DNA of 64,000 bases from Camelus ferus (GCF_009834535.1 NC_045696.1:28460001-28524000); one strand, 5' to 3'; counted from the first letter of the stretch, positions 12,840 to 28,168 are shown. The notes: generated by a model from the letters alone, not told the origin. Numbers and translations: made by a program.

Positions 12840-13870
12840 TGTTTCTTTGCAAGTCTCATTTTTTGTTGTTAACGAAAACCAAAAATATTTTAAATAGTAA
12901 TAATATGTGGCAACTCCTGTAAACAGTTCCTTTCTCTCCCAACTTTGTTTTTATTGCTCTTTGTTGTAGTCATTTTTGTTGTTGTTCAGCTATTTTCCTG
13001 GACCAGTTCTGTAAGGTCTGTATTCTTGTGTGAGGGCACTGAAGGATCTACTTAGCAATCTTAGTAATCATCTAATGATTAGATAAAGTTGACTTACATG
13101 CCTTGAAGCAGTAAGTATCTATCTTTTCTGAGGGGCTTTACGTGTGTGTCGGGGTTTGCCTTCAGTGCTGTAGCAATGGTTTACGGCTCTGCCTTAGACT
13201 TTGTTATCTGTCGGCACAGAACTTTATTGTCAGCCCGGCATGAGATTAAGGCTTTCTTAATTCCTTTCCAGTCATGCACACAACACTTCCAACATGTGTG
13301 GCCTTCTAGATCACCAGGAACATTTTGGAGCTTTTCAAACCCTAGATGATTATCTCATTCCTCAGTTTTTCCCTTTATGTATTTTTATTGGCCTCATGTT
13401 TGTCCCAGATGGTTTTGCCACTTTAGGCAACAGCAATGTTAAATAATAGTTTGATGTTTTTAGACAAATGCCCTGCGAAAAGGCTGTTCTGGACTGAGCA
13501 AGCTCCAAGTCAGGTCAGTATGGACAAGTTTTGTGAACTGAGCTTTTCCAAGCGGGTCAGATAGAGACGATGTTCTGACGACGGGGCTTTTGAGGGCCTT
13601 CCAAACTGTTCTGCCCACTCTAAAGCTGCCCTGTTGCTTGGTTGCAAGGCTGCTAGTTTTCAAGACTAGGAAGAGAGGGAAAATACCTGGCAGATTAAAA
13701 TACCACAAAGCTTATTGATCTTACCAGGATGAGTAAACATTCATGGGATTGTTGCAAGACTGTGGTTTATTCTCAGAATTCTGAAAAGGTCTATTTTAAC
13801 AATTCTGATATTGTTTTCACTGCTTTTTGAGGGAGTGGACTTTGCCATTTTGGAAATACTTCACTCTCCG
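12840..13870 (-). mobile_element. Old L1 (L1MC/L1MD-type) 5' region
   Basis: Antisense motifs tgtggcaactc, ctctgccttagactttgtt, gtgtggccttctagatcaccagga and gccattttggaa resemble L1MC/MD 5' ends. Confidence 0.6.
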
Positions 13871-13874
13871 TATG

Positions 13875-14560
13875 ATCTTAATTTGCAGTTCCTTGATTAC
13901 TAATAAAGTTGAGCATCTTTTCATATGTGTGTTTCCCATTAGGGTTTCTTTTCTGCTGAGAACTACATAATCAAAAATTCTGTTCTTTTTTCTCTGTTGA
14001 GTTGTTGATCTTATTATTTATCATTGTGTGTTTTTGCTGTACACAGGATATGATCCCTCAGTTGTTTGTACGAGTTGCGAATAACTTCTACTACATTGTG
14101 ATTTGTCTATTTTCATTCTCTTATAAAGCCTTTTGATGAAGAGAATGTCTTGTTTTTAATGTAATACAATTAATGAATCATTTTCTTTATAGTTGGTGCA
14201 TTTTCTCTTCTTGCTTAAAAGTATATATCCTATATTGAGATTGTAAAAATATTATTTTATATAACATTCTAAAACAATATAACTTTGCATTTCACATTTA
14301 GGTATGTAACACACAATAATTTTCTCATGCAGTTTGAGGTATAAAAGCAATCTATTTAATTTCCATATGGATACACTATTTTCCAGCACCATTTATTTAA
14401 AAATACTTATTTTACACACTTATATGCAGCATTATCTCTGTCTTACATCTATCCAGTCTCAGTATATGCACAGGTATATCAGGAACTTTATGTTCTATTT
14501 GTTTATTTACTTATCGATGTGACAGTACTAGACTGTCTTAATATATATTTATATTTGTTC
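13875..14560 (-). mobile_element. Old L1ME ORF2 fragment
   Basis: ttaatttgcagttccttgattactaataaagttgagcatcttttcatatg and ttccagcaccatttattta. Confidence 0.75.
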
Positions 14561-15654
14561 TATATTTCATATTTGTTTATACTGAGGAAAATAGAGAATA
14601 AAAATGTTTAAGATGAGACCAAAGAAGACCATGTTTTTGTGGAAGAACTTGGAAGTATATTGGAGATAGAACTATAAGGACAATACACTATTACACTATA
14701 TTAAAGACATTTTCATATGGAGCTTAATTTCATTGAACCATCTGATGATTTTGTCAAATGAGATAATCTCAAAGTCTTATTATCACTGCCCTTATTATTC
14801 AAATAATTTAAAAAAGAATAATTACTATCATGACTACATCATAAAAATATTTGCCTTATTCACTGTTATAAAGTGAATGGCAATATATTCAGAATAATAT
14901 ATAATTATATAGAGTTAATATTCCATAATAATTTTTTCAACAAACAAATGATGATTATAATTTTAGTTCATGAATTTAGAAAGTAACACAAAATTTTGTT
15001 ACACTCTTGGCTTAGCGTTTAAAAAAATGTGACCTTTCATATCTTCTTCAATAATTTTGATATGTAAGATTTTCTTGACATTTTAGTTAATATTCAAATA
15101 CCATTTTCAAGCCTGGAAGCAACAGTTTTAATGCAATTTACTATTATACATATTTGTCATTGATATTGTTTAATCTCTTCAAAGACTTTATGAAATTCGG
15201 CATTATTTGACTGAAAATAAAAAGTAACTTGTTAAATATGGATAAGACAAATATTACTATTGGACAAACCAATTTTGTTGAATATAAGTATTGGTCCTCA
15301 ATGTGAACATTGTTGCCTATTACAAAATAAGCATGGTTTCTAAAGTGCCTTTGTTTAATAATGTCTTCAAAAGCTGGACTCAAATTTAATTAACAATTAT
15401 CAATGTTTAATAGATAAGTCAGCCTGACTAATAGTTTTTGCTTTGAGTTCCATTTTATTTAAGTTTAAGTCGTGTTAATACTAGAGATAATGATATGAAA
15501 TGGAAAAAAGTCAATATATTTCCTGATGTTAAAAAATAGTGCATGCATTATTGGTCAGCACAGCTACTACATAAAAACTGTAGAAAATTTTAAACTTAAT
15601 TATTACAGTAAATTTTAAAGCATCTTCAAATGTTCATAAGGGTGTAAAGGATAA

Positions 15655-15870
15655 CAATGAAAAGTGTGGCCTCTAAATTCTGACTGAGTTCAAATCAAGC
15701 TATATCATTTATTAACTATATGACATGGACAAGTTATTTAAACCTCTTTGCCTCAGATGTCTCTTATAAAACTGGGTTAATAAAAGTTATTATTACATAG
15801 AATTATAGTGATGTTTGAAAGAGATAATACATGGAAAGCATCTAGAATGGTGAGGATTAAATAAAATGTT
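15655..15870 (+). mobile_element. MIR SINE
   Basis: gagttcaaatc...atgacatggacaagttatttaaacctctttgcctcag...taaaactggg...gagataatacatggaaagca matches the MIR core. Confidence 0.8.
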
Positions 15871-16539
15871 ATTTGATTTTGTAGCAGTATACTTAAGTGA
15901 TAATACAAGTTTCAGTTAACCAGGCTTAGCGTTATCTATTTGTGGTAAGTTCAATGAAGTAAACAGAATTATCATACTTAGAACCAGAGAACACCCATAT
16001 TTGTTCCATCAATACAAGCAACATCATTCCTTAGGTGGCATTTATTTTGCTGATTCATTGATTTACTTGGAAGTGGGAGATACCTGTAACTTTTAACTTC
16101 AAAGTAAATAGACAAATATTAATGTCTTTATTTACAGAATTTATTCATTCATAGGATTTCAATAAATGCTACCTTGATTTTTTCCAGTTATTTAAATGAA
16201 AAGTATACTTCATTTCTGCTACACATATATGTATATACATATATCTGCATCTATGTATATCTATAATACTATTAAAATGCAAAAATTTCATTTTACCAAT
16301 ATATTACTTTGAAATATTTTAAAGTTATTTCTCCCACTAATCTTTAAAAAATATATTATACAAGGCCATTTTTATTCTCCCAAGCTTTATAAATCATTTG
16401 AAAAAAATCATAAAGAATATGAGAAAACACAGGAAATTAGGAGCAATAGTTTGGAGGCAATGTAATTACATATCCATTAGTACTAACAGAGCAAATTTTT
16501 AACTGAGAAAAATTAGAGCATAACAATTACGGTGATTTT

Positions 16540-16720
16540 TCTGGGTTGTTGTGAGGTCATTATACTTCTGACTACAAAGGGGCACAGGAAAAATTTTGAT
16601 GGATGATATAAATTTACCTTGATTGCATTTACATGATGCTATGGCTTATTACACCAGTCAGAACTGTACAATAAAAAAAATAAAATTTACTGTATGTAAA
16701 TATATCTTAATTTTTTAAAT
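16540..16720 (+). mobile_element. Old L1 (L1ME/L1MC) 3' end
   Basis: ctgactacaaaggggcacaggaaaaatttt...cagaactgtaca...ttttactgtatgtaaat. Confidence 0.65.
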
Positions 16721-19700
16721 GCTCTGGGATATTAAAGGACAAAGATGAGATGACTTCTTACTGTGGGATTCACCCATAAGCAATCTCCCCAAACAAGTGC
16801 CATATAAATCAAATCAATGGCCAAGAAATGTTAAGCAATGATTCTAATCAAGACTATCTTTGAATCCCCTGGTTCTGCTAAATTTTATTTTTATTTTTCC
16901 CATCCTATGCTGGCATCCATTATTTTGATTAATATTTTGTATCAAAATATTACTTCTAAATTATTCAACTGCCTCAAAGTATAGTTTTGTTTTGACTTTT
17001 AATTAACATTTATCAGTGGCAGCTTCTATTTTTATTCGTATTTTCCTTTATATATTGGTGATCTATACAAAATAGTTCCATGGAAATGAGCTCTGCTAAT
17101 GCCCACATGATCCTTGTAAAAACCACAATTTACTAATAAAACACAGCGGATTTGATAGCCTCCAGTGCTTCAGGACAAGATCAAACGTGAGCTGAATATT
17201 TGGGGCATTTCTATTCTATTGTCTATTCTTTAGGAGTCTTCTCTTCACTGATTAGTTCCTTTCTCTTTTTTGAAAAAATCACACATTGAAACTATAAACC
17301 CACTGATCAACCAGGTTAATAAGGATCTTTGCTCAGGATTCTCTGGAGTGTTTCTGTGCAAGAGATTTAGCCAAATAATCATGCACTGATTAAGAACATA
17401 TGAGTAGGGTGGAAGTGAATATAAGAATGGATAAAAGGAAGCCATTGGTATTCACAGTATCTATCTACTAAACAGGAATTTATACACACAGCTATGGCAC
17501 AAAGATGACCCATAGAAAATGGCACATGTCACTGAATAGATATCAATGAACTGCGATGAGTTGATCTCTTTTATCTTTTTGTAATCGCATCTGCTTGCTA
17601 TCCTAGGATTTTAACCTTAAATAATATTTATACTCATCTATACATTTCTGATATACAAACATAATTGCTGCTGTTTTTGTGACTGAAGACAATTGTATGC
17701 TTCCCTCTTATTTTAGTTCAAAACTATCAAGATAGGAGAGAGGATTTAAAGTAAATAACAGAATATATTTCTATCACCCTAGAACATTATTTAGAGAGGG
17801 GAAAGCACAGGCATTTATTTATAGTGAAGTTATGATTTTTTTTCTTTTTAAGCAGAAGTGGGTTTTTTTTTAATCTCACTAAGATACACAATTTTGGATT
17901 CATTAGTATGAACCATTGCTCATTTTATGAAAATGAAACAGAAATACTCTTTTATGTTCATAAAACTTACCAAAGCACATGTAATATTTAAGTCAGCTTC
18001 TCCTCTATACCTGCGCAATTAATACAACATATATTCTCCAAATTCAGTTCTATTACATTATATGATTTGTGCATTTACAAATGTAAATATATAGTATATC
18101 ACTATAATAGTGTATGCAAATATATAGATATTTATTATGACAGTGGAATTTTAGCAAAGAAAATATCCCCAAATTTGGCATTTATTTTCTAAATAGTATA
18201 CTTTATTTTTCCAAGTTATAAGAAATATCTACATTAATTTTAATTACTTTAATGTATAGAATAGTAAAAAATCATTTAGACTGAAATGTGAGGTTATCTA
18301 TTTTGATTAAAGACTGAATCAAAAATATTGAGAATCTATCACTTGCTTTTTTTTTTTTTGCATTCTGCCTTCATCAAAATATGCAAATGCAGATGAATAA
18401 TGTCTGCTTCAAATTAGACACCTTAAAAACCATAGGCTTATTAGAAACTGAGGACACTCTATAAGTCACTTGTCTAAAATCTGAGGCTGCTATCTAGACT
18501 TTCATGTGTCCTTTCATATTTGCTAAATGGTGCATATTTTCTTTATCAAAGACTATCCTGGCCAGATACTGCCTCTAAAGACACCTTCTAAAACCGAAGA
18601 ATTTAGAATGGTATCGGGTTACATATAAATAAAAATAAATACATAACACTGAACACAAATTCTTTCTTGAAAAAATTGTTTTGTGACAAAAAATCACTTC
18701 TGAAACAATCTCACAAGGTAATCAAAAAAGCTTTCTTTTCTTTAAAAGAATTGCCATATACTGAAATAATGAAGCATTGGCACTGCACTCACCTTGGCAA
18801 GGTTCAAGGTGATTTTTTTTCTAATTAATTCCTGATGAATATAATAGGCAAAAGGAAACAATTAAGATGTGTAAAGTTATCAATGTGTCCATAGCAAACA
18901 GACATTAAATCTTAGTTGAGTTTTAGTGTATAAAACAGTAGAATGCTACAATGAATATACAGAAATTATTAAACAATTAAATCAATTTAACTAGTATGTA
19001 ATCGTATACCTTCACCAGAATTTTAGATTAAAATATTTTTTAATTTAAATGTTATCACTTATAAAATTTTTGGACATAAGAAAAATAATAATTAAATCTA
19101 ATGAAATGAATATGACTTTGAAAACTTTTTCAGTGGAAAAATGAATTTCTTCCTGAAAAGCTTATAAATTTTGAAATATCAGTAAATTAACAGATTTAAA
19201 AGAAATATTTGTCATCCATTTTCAAAAAAAACCTCCAGTGTGACAAGATTATCTCCCTCCAAATGTTAAGAATTTCTAGATGTTTAATCTATGACTTCCT
19301 TAACATTAACTGTTAGGAAGAAAGACAGTTCCAAAAACTCATTACCCTGGACTGGAAGCATAGCTCCTGGCAGTATAGTTATGACCCAGTATGAGTATTA
19401 TAATAATTTGTAGCTAAGATAAATATGTTCTAATAGATATCATAAAATAGGGTTATAAGCATTAGGTTGAAAATGAGAATAATCTCCAAAGCTATTATTT
19501 TTACTGGTAAATCTAATAAAATTATGTTTCTTTATAAAAGTATTTAAATACTTCCCTAGATTAAAATTATTTAAATGTACATTAATTATTCTTCAAAACT
19601 TTTCAATATGTTTAAGTGTATAGAAACTAAATGAAACAAAAAGTTATCTAAGGAAAATATAAAACCATTTCTGCACTCAAAGAATGTAGATAGTTCAATA

Positions 19701-19844
19701 CCAATGAATATTTTATGATAGTTTGATTTATTGCTTTAATTTCCCACTCAACTTTATACTCACAACTGCAAAAAATGACCATCTATAAGAATATGTGGTA
19801 AAATTTTGAAAGAGATATATAATAGTTCTCTTATCCTATAATTT

Positions 19845-20110
19845 ATTTCATATTATTGTTCAGTCTTTTGAAATGTACTGTGACTTATTTTATGGCCTAG
19901 CATATAGTCTTTCTTTTCTATCTTGATTAACGCTCCAAATGTTTGACTGCTGTGTTTTCTTAATATGAATCAGGTCAGGTTGGTTGACAGAGTTGTTCAG
20001 GTATTCTGTATCCTCACAGATTTTGTCTGCTTGCTATAGCATTTATTGAAAGAGAGATGTTAAACTCTTCAATAAAATAGTTTGTGTTTTAAAAAATATT
20101 AATTTTTTAT
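19845..20110 (-). mobile_element. Old L1M ORF2 fragment
   Basis: gacttattttatggcctagcatatagtc and caggttggttgacagagttgttcagg...ttattgaaagagagatgttaaa. Confidence 0.65.
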
Positions 20111-20609
20111 GAATTTCAGAGAGGTAACATATACACTTCTGTGTATATACACACACATGTTTGCATATATGTGTGTATATAAAAATTTGCATATAAATAT
20201 ACACACACACACATATACACACTGCCTTTAAGAAAGTCACTGGTTTTGACAAAACTGAAAGTGACCACCCATTGCACCCACCTCAGTTCTCTCATATTTT
20301 AGATGATGCTTGAACCTAGAGAGTTTAAATATTTTGCCAAAATATTTTGCTAAAATATCATTCATTTTATATTTTAATAAATATTTATGCATATAGAGGT
20401 GTGTGTGTGTGTATGTATAGCTTGGCCAAAAGGATACATAGCATATCTTTTACAGTAGAGTGCAAAGTATGCAAGAGGTGAAATCATAAAAGACAGTCTA
20501 CTTTTAAGCTCACATTTTAAGCTCACATTTTGTTATTAGGCAAATCTTACACAGGACTTTGAGCTTCATCTGCATTGTGATAGAATTGAAGTTGGTTATT
20601 TTGTCAATT

Positions 20610-20880
20610 CTAAACTCATAGCTTAGGAACATTTACTATGGTTTAAGGCCTGTTCTAAGTACTTTATATGGATTAACTCATTCATATAAAGGATTCATCT
20701 AGCCTCACCTAATATTTTGCATTGATCATCATTATCATTTTCATTTTACAAATGAGGAAAATGATGAACTCAGAGAGTTAGTGTAGGTTGGCCAAAACCA
20801 TATGGCTTGTAGGAAGGCAAGGTGGAATTGACCACAAGCAATGGTCTTCCCAGTCTAGGCCCTTAACTACCATGTGGTGT
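20610..20880 (-). mobile_element. MIR SINE
   Basis: ttcattttacaaatgaggaaaatgatgaactcagagagtta and cccttaactacca are the antisense MIR core. Confidence 0.75.
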
Positions 20881-23560
20881 TGCATATACATTATGAAATA
20901 TATCAAAAGTTTGGTTCTCTGTTTAATTTTCCAATGTTCTCCTTCTGTTTATATATAAGTTAAGACTGGAACATATAAAAACTAGGAACACTGCTTTATA
21001 TTTCTAACAAGTCAGCATAATCTCAATCTTTTAACTGCAATTCACTGTCCCACAAAAGTTAATATAGCCAAATAATTAGCTACTCATTTTAATATGTAGC
21101 CTCATTAATGAGGCTTCTAAACCCTACCTCTTGGCCTTGTTGGTTGACTTGGCTCAGTAAGTGTCTTAGTAAACACTGAAATAATCATACTTGGATTATA
21201 TTTCAGAAAAAGTTTTTACAAACAATTTTGAAAGTATGTAATGTTCTTATCAAACTTTTGAGATTTCAAAATGTCTTATGAGATTCCTCAAATGCTCCAG
21301 TAATGTGAGCGAGTATGTTATTGTTTGTTGTTGCCAGAATAAAAACTGTTGGGATATTATAAATTTACAGGCTATACATATAGTTGTTTAGTAAAAATGG
21401 ATATGGTTTTCTCAAAATACAGTATTTAAATCAGAAACAATAACAGATAAGAAGCAATTTACAAATTTATATAATATTTCCACTAAATAGAAGCCAAACT
21501 TCTTTATATTGAACAACTTTTGGTTTTATTTTTACTTAATTCAAAGTGAAGATGACATTTAATTTAGCCAGTATCTATTAACATATTTTTGAGTTTTTAC
21601 ATCTAATTAAGTCTATCTTTGTGCCATTATAATTCAGTTTTATTTTGATTCAAGGCCAAAATTTAGCTACTGTGAGAACTGTTGAGAATTACTAGCTTAT
21701 TGTTTACTTTATCTACCACTATAAATAGCCTTTCTCAGTTAATTGGCTCTTATCTAAGATAATTCAGGAACAATGTCTAAATCAACATTGGGAATGCTCT
21801 GGGAAAACAAGCTACTTTTTCTTTGCAACTCTTGGACTGTCATATTACTCTTTAGACTGCTTCTGCCACTTGGGACATGTGAGATTCTTTCCAGATCTCC
21901 ATTTATAACTGTATATGTGTGTGTGTACAAAGTGTATGCAAATATATGTCTATCTATACATATCTATACAACTTGTATAGATATCTGTGTTTGTGTGTGT
22001 GTATTTTCTACACACACTGTCATATTGTACTACTTTCAATTCACAGAGGAAAAAGCAGGGAAATAAAATATAATGAGATAGTCACCAGGCTGGAGGGTAT
22101 AGAATAGAACAGGGGATTCAAAATCAGTGGGCAAACATAACAAAACAAAGTAAATTTTTAAAAAAGAAACATAAATTAGAGAAAGGTGATGGTGTGTGTT
22201 TACAGAGGGGTAGGGAGGATGGTAAATGCTAGAGGAAACAAATATTGCCACAAGCAAGATTTACAATAATCTTTCAAGTAAGGCATGCATAAGGATATTA
22301 AATCTGCCTGGGAGACCTGAGCCCAAGGCTTTTTTGGGAAGCAAAGCAGCAGAGTGAAGACAATCCAGAAATACATGGATAGAGGACTTGAATCCAGTAA
22401 GACGTGATAACATGATAATGAAAACAATGAAAGGTAAAACAAACAAACAAATAAAAAGCCACTCTATTAGAATCAGACAATAGGAAAATATAGCTTATGA
22501 AATTTACACAATAGGGCTCTTTGTCTTTAAGGTAATTGCAGAATGTGTTTTATATTATGTCAACAATGTACAAGCTTTAGACATTTTACTAGGATTAGTA
22601 TTACCAACTACCAAAAAGAAATACCAACTTCCAAAAATTTCAGAGGGGAATTTGTGGGTTTTATTTCCCCAAAGAAGTGGTGCAGGAAGGTAGATTTTCT
22701 TGTTTATCATCATAAATAAGGTATGATTTATCATAAGGGATGAGAGATGCCACGTAGGATGATCCCCTTGACAATCTGATAAATGTGGACATTATATTAT
22801 CTTCAGATTAAAATCTGGCTTTAATTTGTACCTGATTTCAGAATAATTGACATCATAAATTCTAAATTATATCTTATTCAGTCTAAATTTCCCATGTGGT
22901 GGATTTCCTAATTGTTGAATTATGACTATTAAGAACTTTATGCCATTTGATAAACAAAATCAAGACTACTGGTTGCTGATCTGGTTTTTAAAATTTCTTA
23001 GTTATGTCCACTTTTACAAATTTCTTGACACAGTTATGCTTAGGAGTCATGATTTACTTTGAATGTGTGCAAGATGAATTTAAATTATGTTCACTATTTG
23101 AAAGGTCAAAAATGAACTCCTGCTTATAGATCTATACCACTTAATAGTTGACGAGATAATCTTGATTAGAATTGTCGACACAGATTTTTCTGGAGGGATC
23201 CAATTTTGCAGAAAATACAAGATGTGAAAAACAAACACATCTTCATTGCTAAGGTTTGTAGTATGTTTAGAAGCTTTTATATGAGTGATTATCCCTAAAA
23301 ATTATTTTTTCCAAATTTTGGCAAACTATTTTAGAAATAACTCCTCCATTTTATCTAATGAGTAAAAGTGACACTGCTAACAATTAATCTAGCTGAAAAT
23401 TAATTAATTAACAAAATTCTTTACAAACATGTGAGTCTTTTATTGTTCTGGTTTTTGTGAATGTTTTTATTTTCGAGTTGTTCCAGTTGTTTAAGCATGA
23501 CAGCACTAATTGATTTTACTCAGACAACATGGAAAATGTAAGATATGATCCGTCAATATT

Positions 23561-23565
<5 letters not shown>

Positions 23566-23602
<37 letters not shown>
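23566..23602. repeat. (TG)18 microsatellite
   Basis: Perfect TG run. Confidence 0.98.
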
Positions 23603-23604
<2 letters not shown>

Positions 23605-25496
23605 TCTAGTATTTGAAGTGGAAAGAAAATATAAGGAAAAGTCTTTTCATTGCTTGAAGATCTCTAGCATCACTTGGCACCCAGAGGACCACTTTAAACA
23701 GAATGAGACTCTATATGGTCCTTAGATCCAAACCAGGCTATTTATCCTGTTGTTCTTGAGCAAATATGGAGAATTTCATTTTTCCTGGACTTATGGTGTT
23801 GTAATCCACTCTTTCAAGAACTCTGTGATTGTAACTTATTTCTGACAGTTTTTTTGTTCCTATTATCATTCCATTCTTTCACATATTTCTGACTTATATA
23901 AGAATAAAGGACATCTTAACATGGTTTAGTGATATTCATAGTATTTTCACCTAAATTCAACTCTGGTAACAAATTGTCTATGTTTTCTAAGTAGGTGATT
24001 TGGAGAAAATCCGTTAAAGTACATACTCAACACGGGACGACCAGATCAACTAACCAAGGGGAAACTTTCCAGAGAAAAGGAGGAAAGAGACTGAGAATCA
24101 GGCACATGTGGCTTTAATCAAACACAAATATTTGTGTTCAGGTGGCAAGTTAGTGAACTTCTATGTGGGTCTCAGTTTTTTCAGGTGAAATGTGACTGAT
24201 TAGACAATAATAATTCCAGGATTTCATGATTTATAAGATGTATGAATTTAAGATAATCATACTGCAACTATTAGTTTCTGTCCACTAAGTTCCCAGTGGT
24301 GTTGATTTTTTAATTCTACAGGTATGACACAACACAATGACATAATATTAATTTGTTATTTTATAATAATAATGTATTATTATTATAATGATTAATAATA
24401 AACAACTTTAACACATTTTTTAAAATCTTAATGCTTTTTCTATGAGTATAATCGGACTGGTAGATGAATACTTTTTCTTTTACTGATGATCATAATGATT
24501 ACTTTTATTAAGCAAAAAACATGCTTAAAATTCTTAGCAGTTAATGTATACGTTAATTAGAAATTAAGGCGTGCCTATTCTCTGAGGCCTGGAGTTAGAT
24601 AAAAGATTAGAATGTAACTGTTATTTTCACCTTTTTTAATGGAAAATTTGCTTTTATCTAGAGCAACAGAAGAAAGACATTTTCATAATGGTTATTGAGT
24701 CTGTGTGATATTTGTTTATTTCAGTGTCAGTTTATGACTGTTTGCAGCATTTTCTTCGCTTACTTATCCATGATAGCTAAGTAAGCAAAATATGTATTAT
24801 TTCCTCCAAAGCATTCATACTTTCCTCAAGGATTAGAGGAAGAAAGCATCTATATGGAGCAGCAACTATAGCAATATTCCCTATTTCTTATATGTTCACA
24901 TATGTTACAAGGTTCACATATGTTAATGTATATCCAACTTCTTCATGCTAGTGAAGTCTCTTGATTATTGTAATTCAAGATATTGCTAAATACTAACTGG
25001 AGGGACTTTGAATCATAAGGTATTTTACTGCTTATCCAATTTCTACTCTTGTTCCTCTGAATAATTTTTTCCGTAAAGCCTTGCCAGCAAGTTAAAATTC
25101 TCTACTATTTCTTAATCAGTGTGTCCTTCAGAAGCATTATTGAGACGCCCACATTTAAAGCTAATAATCAGATAGATTTTTGTCGTTGTAATTACTGTTG
25201 TTGTTGCTTACAGATACTGTTTTGGAAACACCATAGGCCTCTTTGAAACTTTATGTTCAAATTAAGTTCTTAAATAGATTTGCAAGTCCCAGCAATAATT
25301 CCTAATATTTGTATAAGAAGATGTTATAACTAGAATTGGCATTTATGGGTATCATATTTTATTACTATAATATAATACATCTTTGGGATTTTATGATGCT
25401 ACCAAATTAATTAATGACTGAGGCATATTAAGACAAATTTCAGATTGAGTTTAACTTAGTTATAGAGTGAAATCGTATTTTAAAATTATAAAGCAT

Positions 25497-25990
25497 TGGA
25501 AGGGAGGAAAATCTTTTCCTCTGCCTCTCTAGGTTCTTCTGTCTTGCCTAATAATTAAATTGACACAGGACAGATTAATAGGAGAAAACAAATTAAATTT
25601 TTTACATGTAGCAGTCCATAGAAATATAAGACTCCATGAAGTGACCAAAGCAGGCAGCTTTTATATCTTTTAGACAAAGACATAATTATTTGTGAAGTTT
25701 TGACCAAAAAGGGGGATTTTTCTTGGGGTAGCAAATTAATAAAGAAGTAACAAAATTTGTTTATACAGCTTTCTCCGCCTTGTATCTCCTATCTCTAGCA
25801 GTAAGGACGCCTCCTACCCTCCTGGTACAAGGAGGGTACCTTTCGCATGGGGGATTTATTTCCTGCTTTCCAGGGGACAAAGGAGCGCTAGAGTCTTCTT
25901 GCACTCAGATGTTTTTCAAGTAACTTCAATTCAAAATAATCAGTATGCCTAACTGGCATATTTTGGGGCAGCCTGCTCTGGATCCCAATA
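25497..25990 (-). mobile_element. ERV1 solo LTR, MER34/MER39-like
   Basis: ttcaaaataatc...ggcatattttggggcagc is antisense to the MER34 5' end. 4-bp TSD gcat at 25493-25496 and 25991-25994. Confidence 0.8.
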
Positions 25991-28168
25991 GCATTTTGTC
26001 AAATCAAGTTGGAAAATTATAGGGACACAGTTTACAAATTTGATTGTAAGGCAATTTTATTTTATTGTTTTTTGCTAAAACTTCAGCATGATGTATAGGG
26101 TATAAAACATCCCAGTGGTCCTAAAATATTCATTTATTTTCATATTTTTCTTACTAAATTTATGCTTTATCTAAGGCAATATTTTATGTTAATACTAAGG
26201 CTAAGGAACATTTAGTCCAACTTGAATGTGAGAACTTTGCTTTACACATTCCAAAGACAATGTGTTTTTTTGTTGGCCTTGTTTTTCATTAGCTTAAATT
26301 CTATGCTAATTATGTTCCTGGCAAGATTTTTACCATAGCTTGTTCAAAGACTTAAAGTATTTATGATCACAAGTTCGTTTAAGATTTAATAAACATATTT
26401 TACAATGAAATAAGTTGAAAGTCTTTTTAAAATAAAAACATAACTCATCTTAAAAGAGCTGATGTGATATAATGACAAATGCTATATACTTACTATATAA
26501 TTTTTCTAAGTTGACAAAAATCTAAGTACTACTGAAACATGTTATTGAGCATTAGTTAAAGTAGCAAACCTTGAACAGATACCCCAAAATTGTTTCAAGC
26601 ACTTATGTTTCCTGCACTTGATATAGGCAGTTTTATTAAGTATTTTCCCGAAGTGAGTGCTATTCGGTATCTATGCCTATAAATTGAATTAAATCTCAAA
26701 AGAAAATCTTATCCTCCATATTCCATACATTGATAGGACTGCATGTAACATTTTAAGACTGTCAATATCTAAAATTTTCAGTATAGTTTAGATTTACTTT
26801 AAAATATGAAATAATATTTACTATAAATTCTGGCAAATACACATGTAGATAATTAAGATTGCATGTATAAAATTAAAACAGCTAATGACATACATGAGGT
26901 ACAAAAAACGCCCCAAATTCAGCTATTGGTAAAATATAACACATTCATCTAAACCAAGGGTTGGCAAACTATGTTCTGTGTGGGGTAAGGTAGCAAAGCC
27001 ATAGGGTTTCTGGGCAACTACAGGCACACCTCGTTTTATTGAGCTTTACTTCATTGCATTTTGCAGACATAGCATTTTTTAATAACTTAAGGTTTGTGGC
27101 AATCCAGTTTTGAACAAGTCTATCAGCATCATTTTTCCAACAACCTTTGTCCTGTGTCATGTTTTGGCAATTCTCACAATATTCCAAACCTTTTCACTAT
27201 TACTATATTTGTTATGGTGATTTGCAGCCTGTGATCTTCGATATTGCTATTGTAATTTAGAGACCCATGAACTGTGCTCATACAGGATGGTGAACTTAAT
27301 AGACATGTTTTGTGTGTTCTGACTGCTCCACTGACCAGTTACTCCCCAATCTCTCCCCTTCTCCTCAGGCCTTCTCATTTCATCAGACACAAAGATTTGA
27401 AATCAGGCCAATTAATAACTCTACAATGGCCTCTAAGTGTTCAAGTGAAAGGAAAATCAGCACATCTCTCCCGTTAAATCAAAAGCTTCTGAAGGACGGC
27501 ATGTGGAAAGCTGAGACAGGCAGAAGGCTAGGCTGCTGGCACTAACCGAGTTGTGAAAGAAAAAAAAAAAATTCTTGAAGGAAATTAAAGATGCTACTCC
27601 AGTGAACACACAAATGATAAGAAAGTGTAACAGCCTTAGTGCTGATATGGAGAAAATTTTAGTGCTCTGGATAGAAGATCAAACCAGCCACAACATTCCC
27701 TCAGCCAAAGCCTAATCCAGAGCAAGGCCCTAACTCCCTTTAATTCTATGAAGCCTGAGAGAGGTCAGGAAGCTGCAGAAGAAAAGTCTGAAGCTGGCAG
27801 AAGTTGGTTCATGAGGTTTAAGGAAAGAAGCTGTCTCCGTACCATTAAAGTGCACAGCGAAGCAGCCAGTACTGCTGCAGAAGCTGCAGCAGGTTATCCA
27901 GGCAATCCAGCTCAGATCATTAACGGAGGTGGCTATGCTGAACAATGAATTTTCTCTGTACATGAAACAGCCATATTTTGGAAGAAGACACAATCCAGAA
28001 TGTTTATAGCTAGAGGAGAAGTCAATGCCTGGCTTCAAAGCTACAGAGGACTGGCTGACACTCTTCTTACAGGCTAATACAGCTGGTGACTTGAAGTAAA
28101 AGCCAGTGCTTATTGACCATTAAAATCCTAGGGCTCTTGAGAATTATGTTAAATCTATTCTGACTGTA

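Noticed and set aside
20502..20531. 13-bp tandem duplication ttttaagctcaca x2 (similar short repeats at 24894-24925 and 7601-7645)
   Set aside because: Ordinary slippage-type micro-duplications; only two units, with no spacer array or CRISPR-like structure.
21098..21115. Perfect 18-bp palindrome agcctcattaatgaggct
   Set aside because: By rough estimate one such palindrome is unsurprising in 64 kb of AT-rich DNA, and there is no supporting context.
24121..24138. Perfect 18-bp palindrome aacacaaatatttgtgtt
   Set aside because: AT-rich, isolated and compatible with chance.
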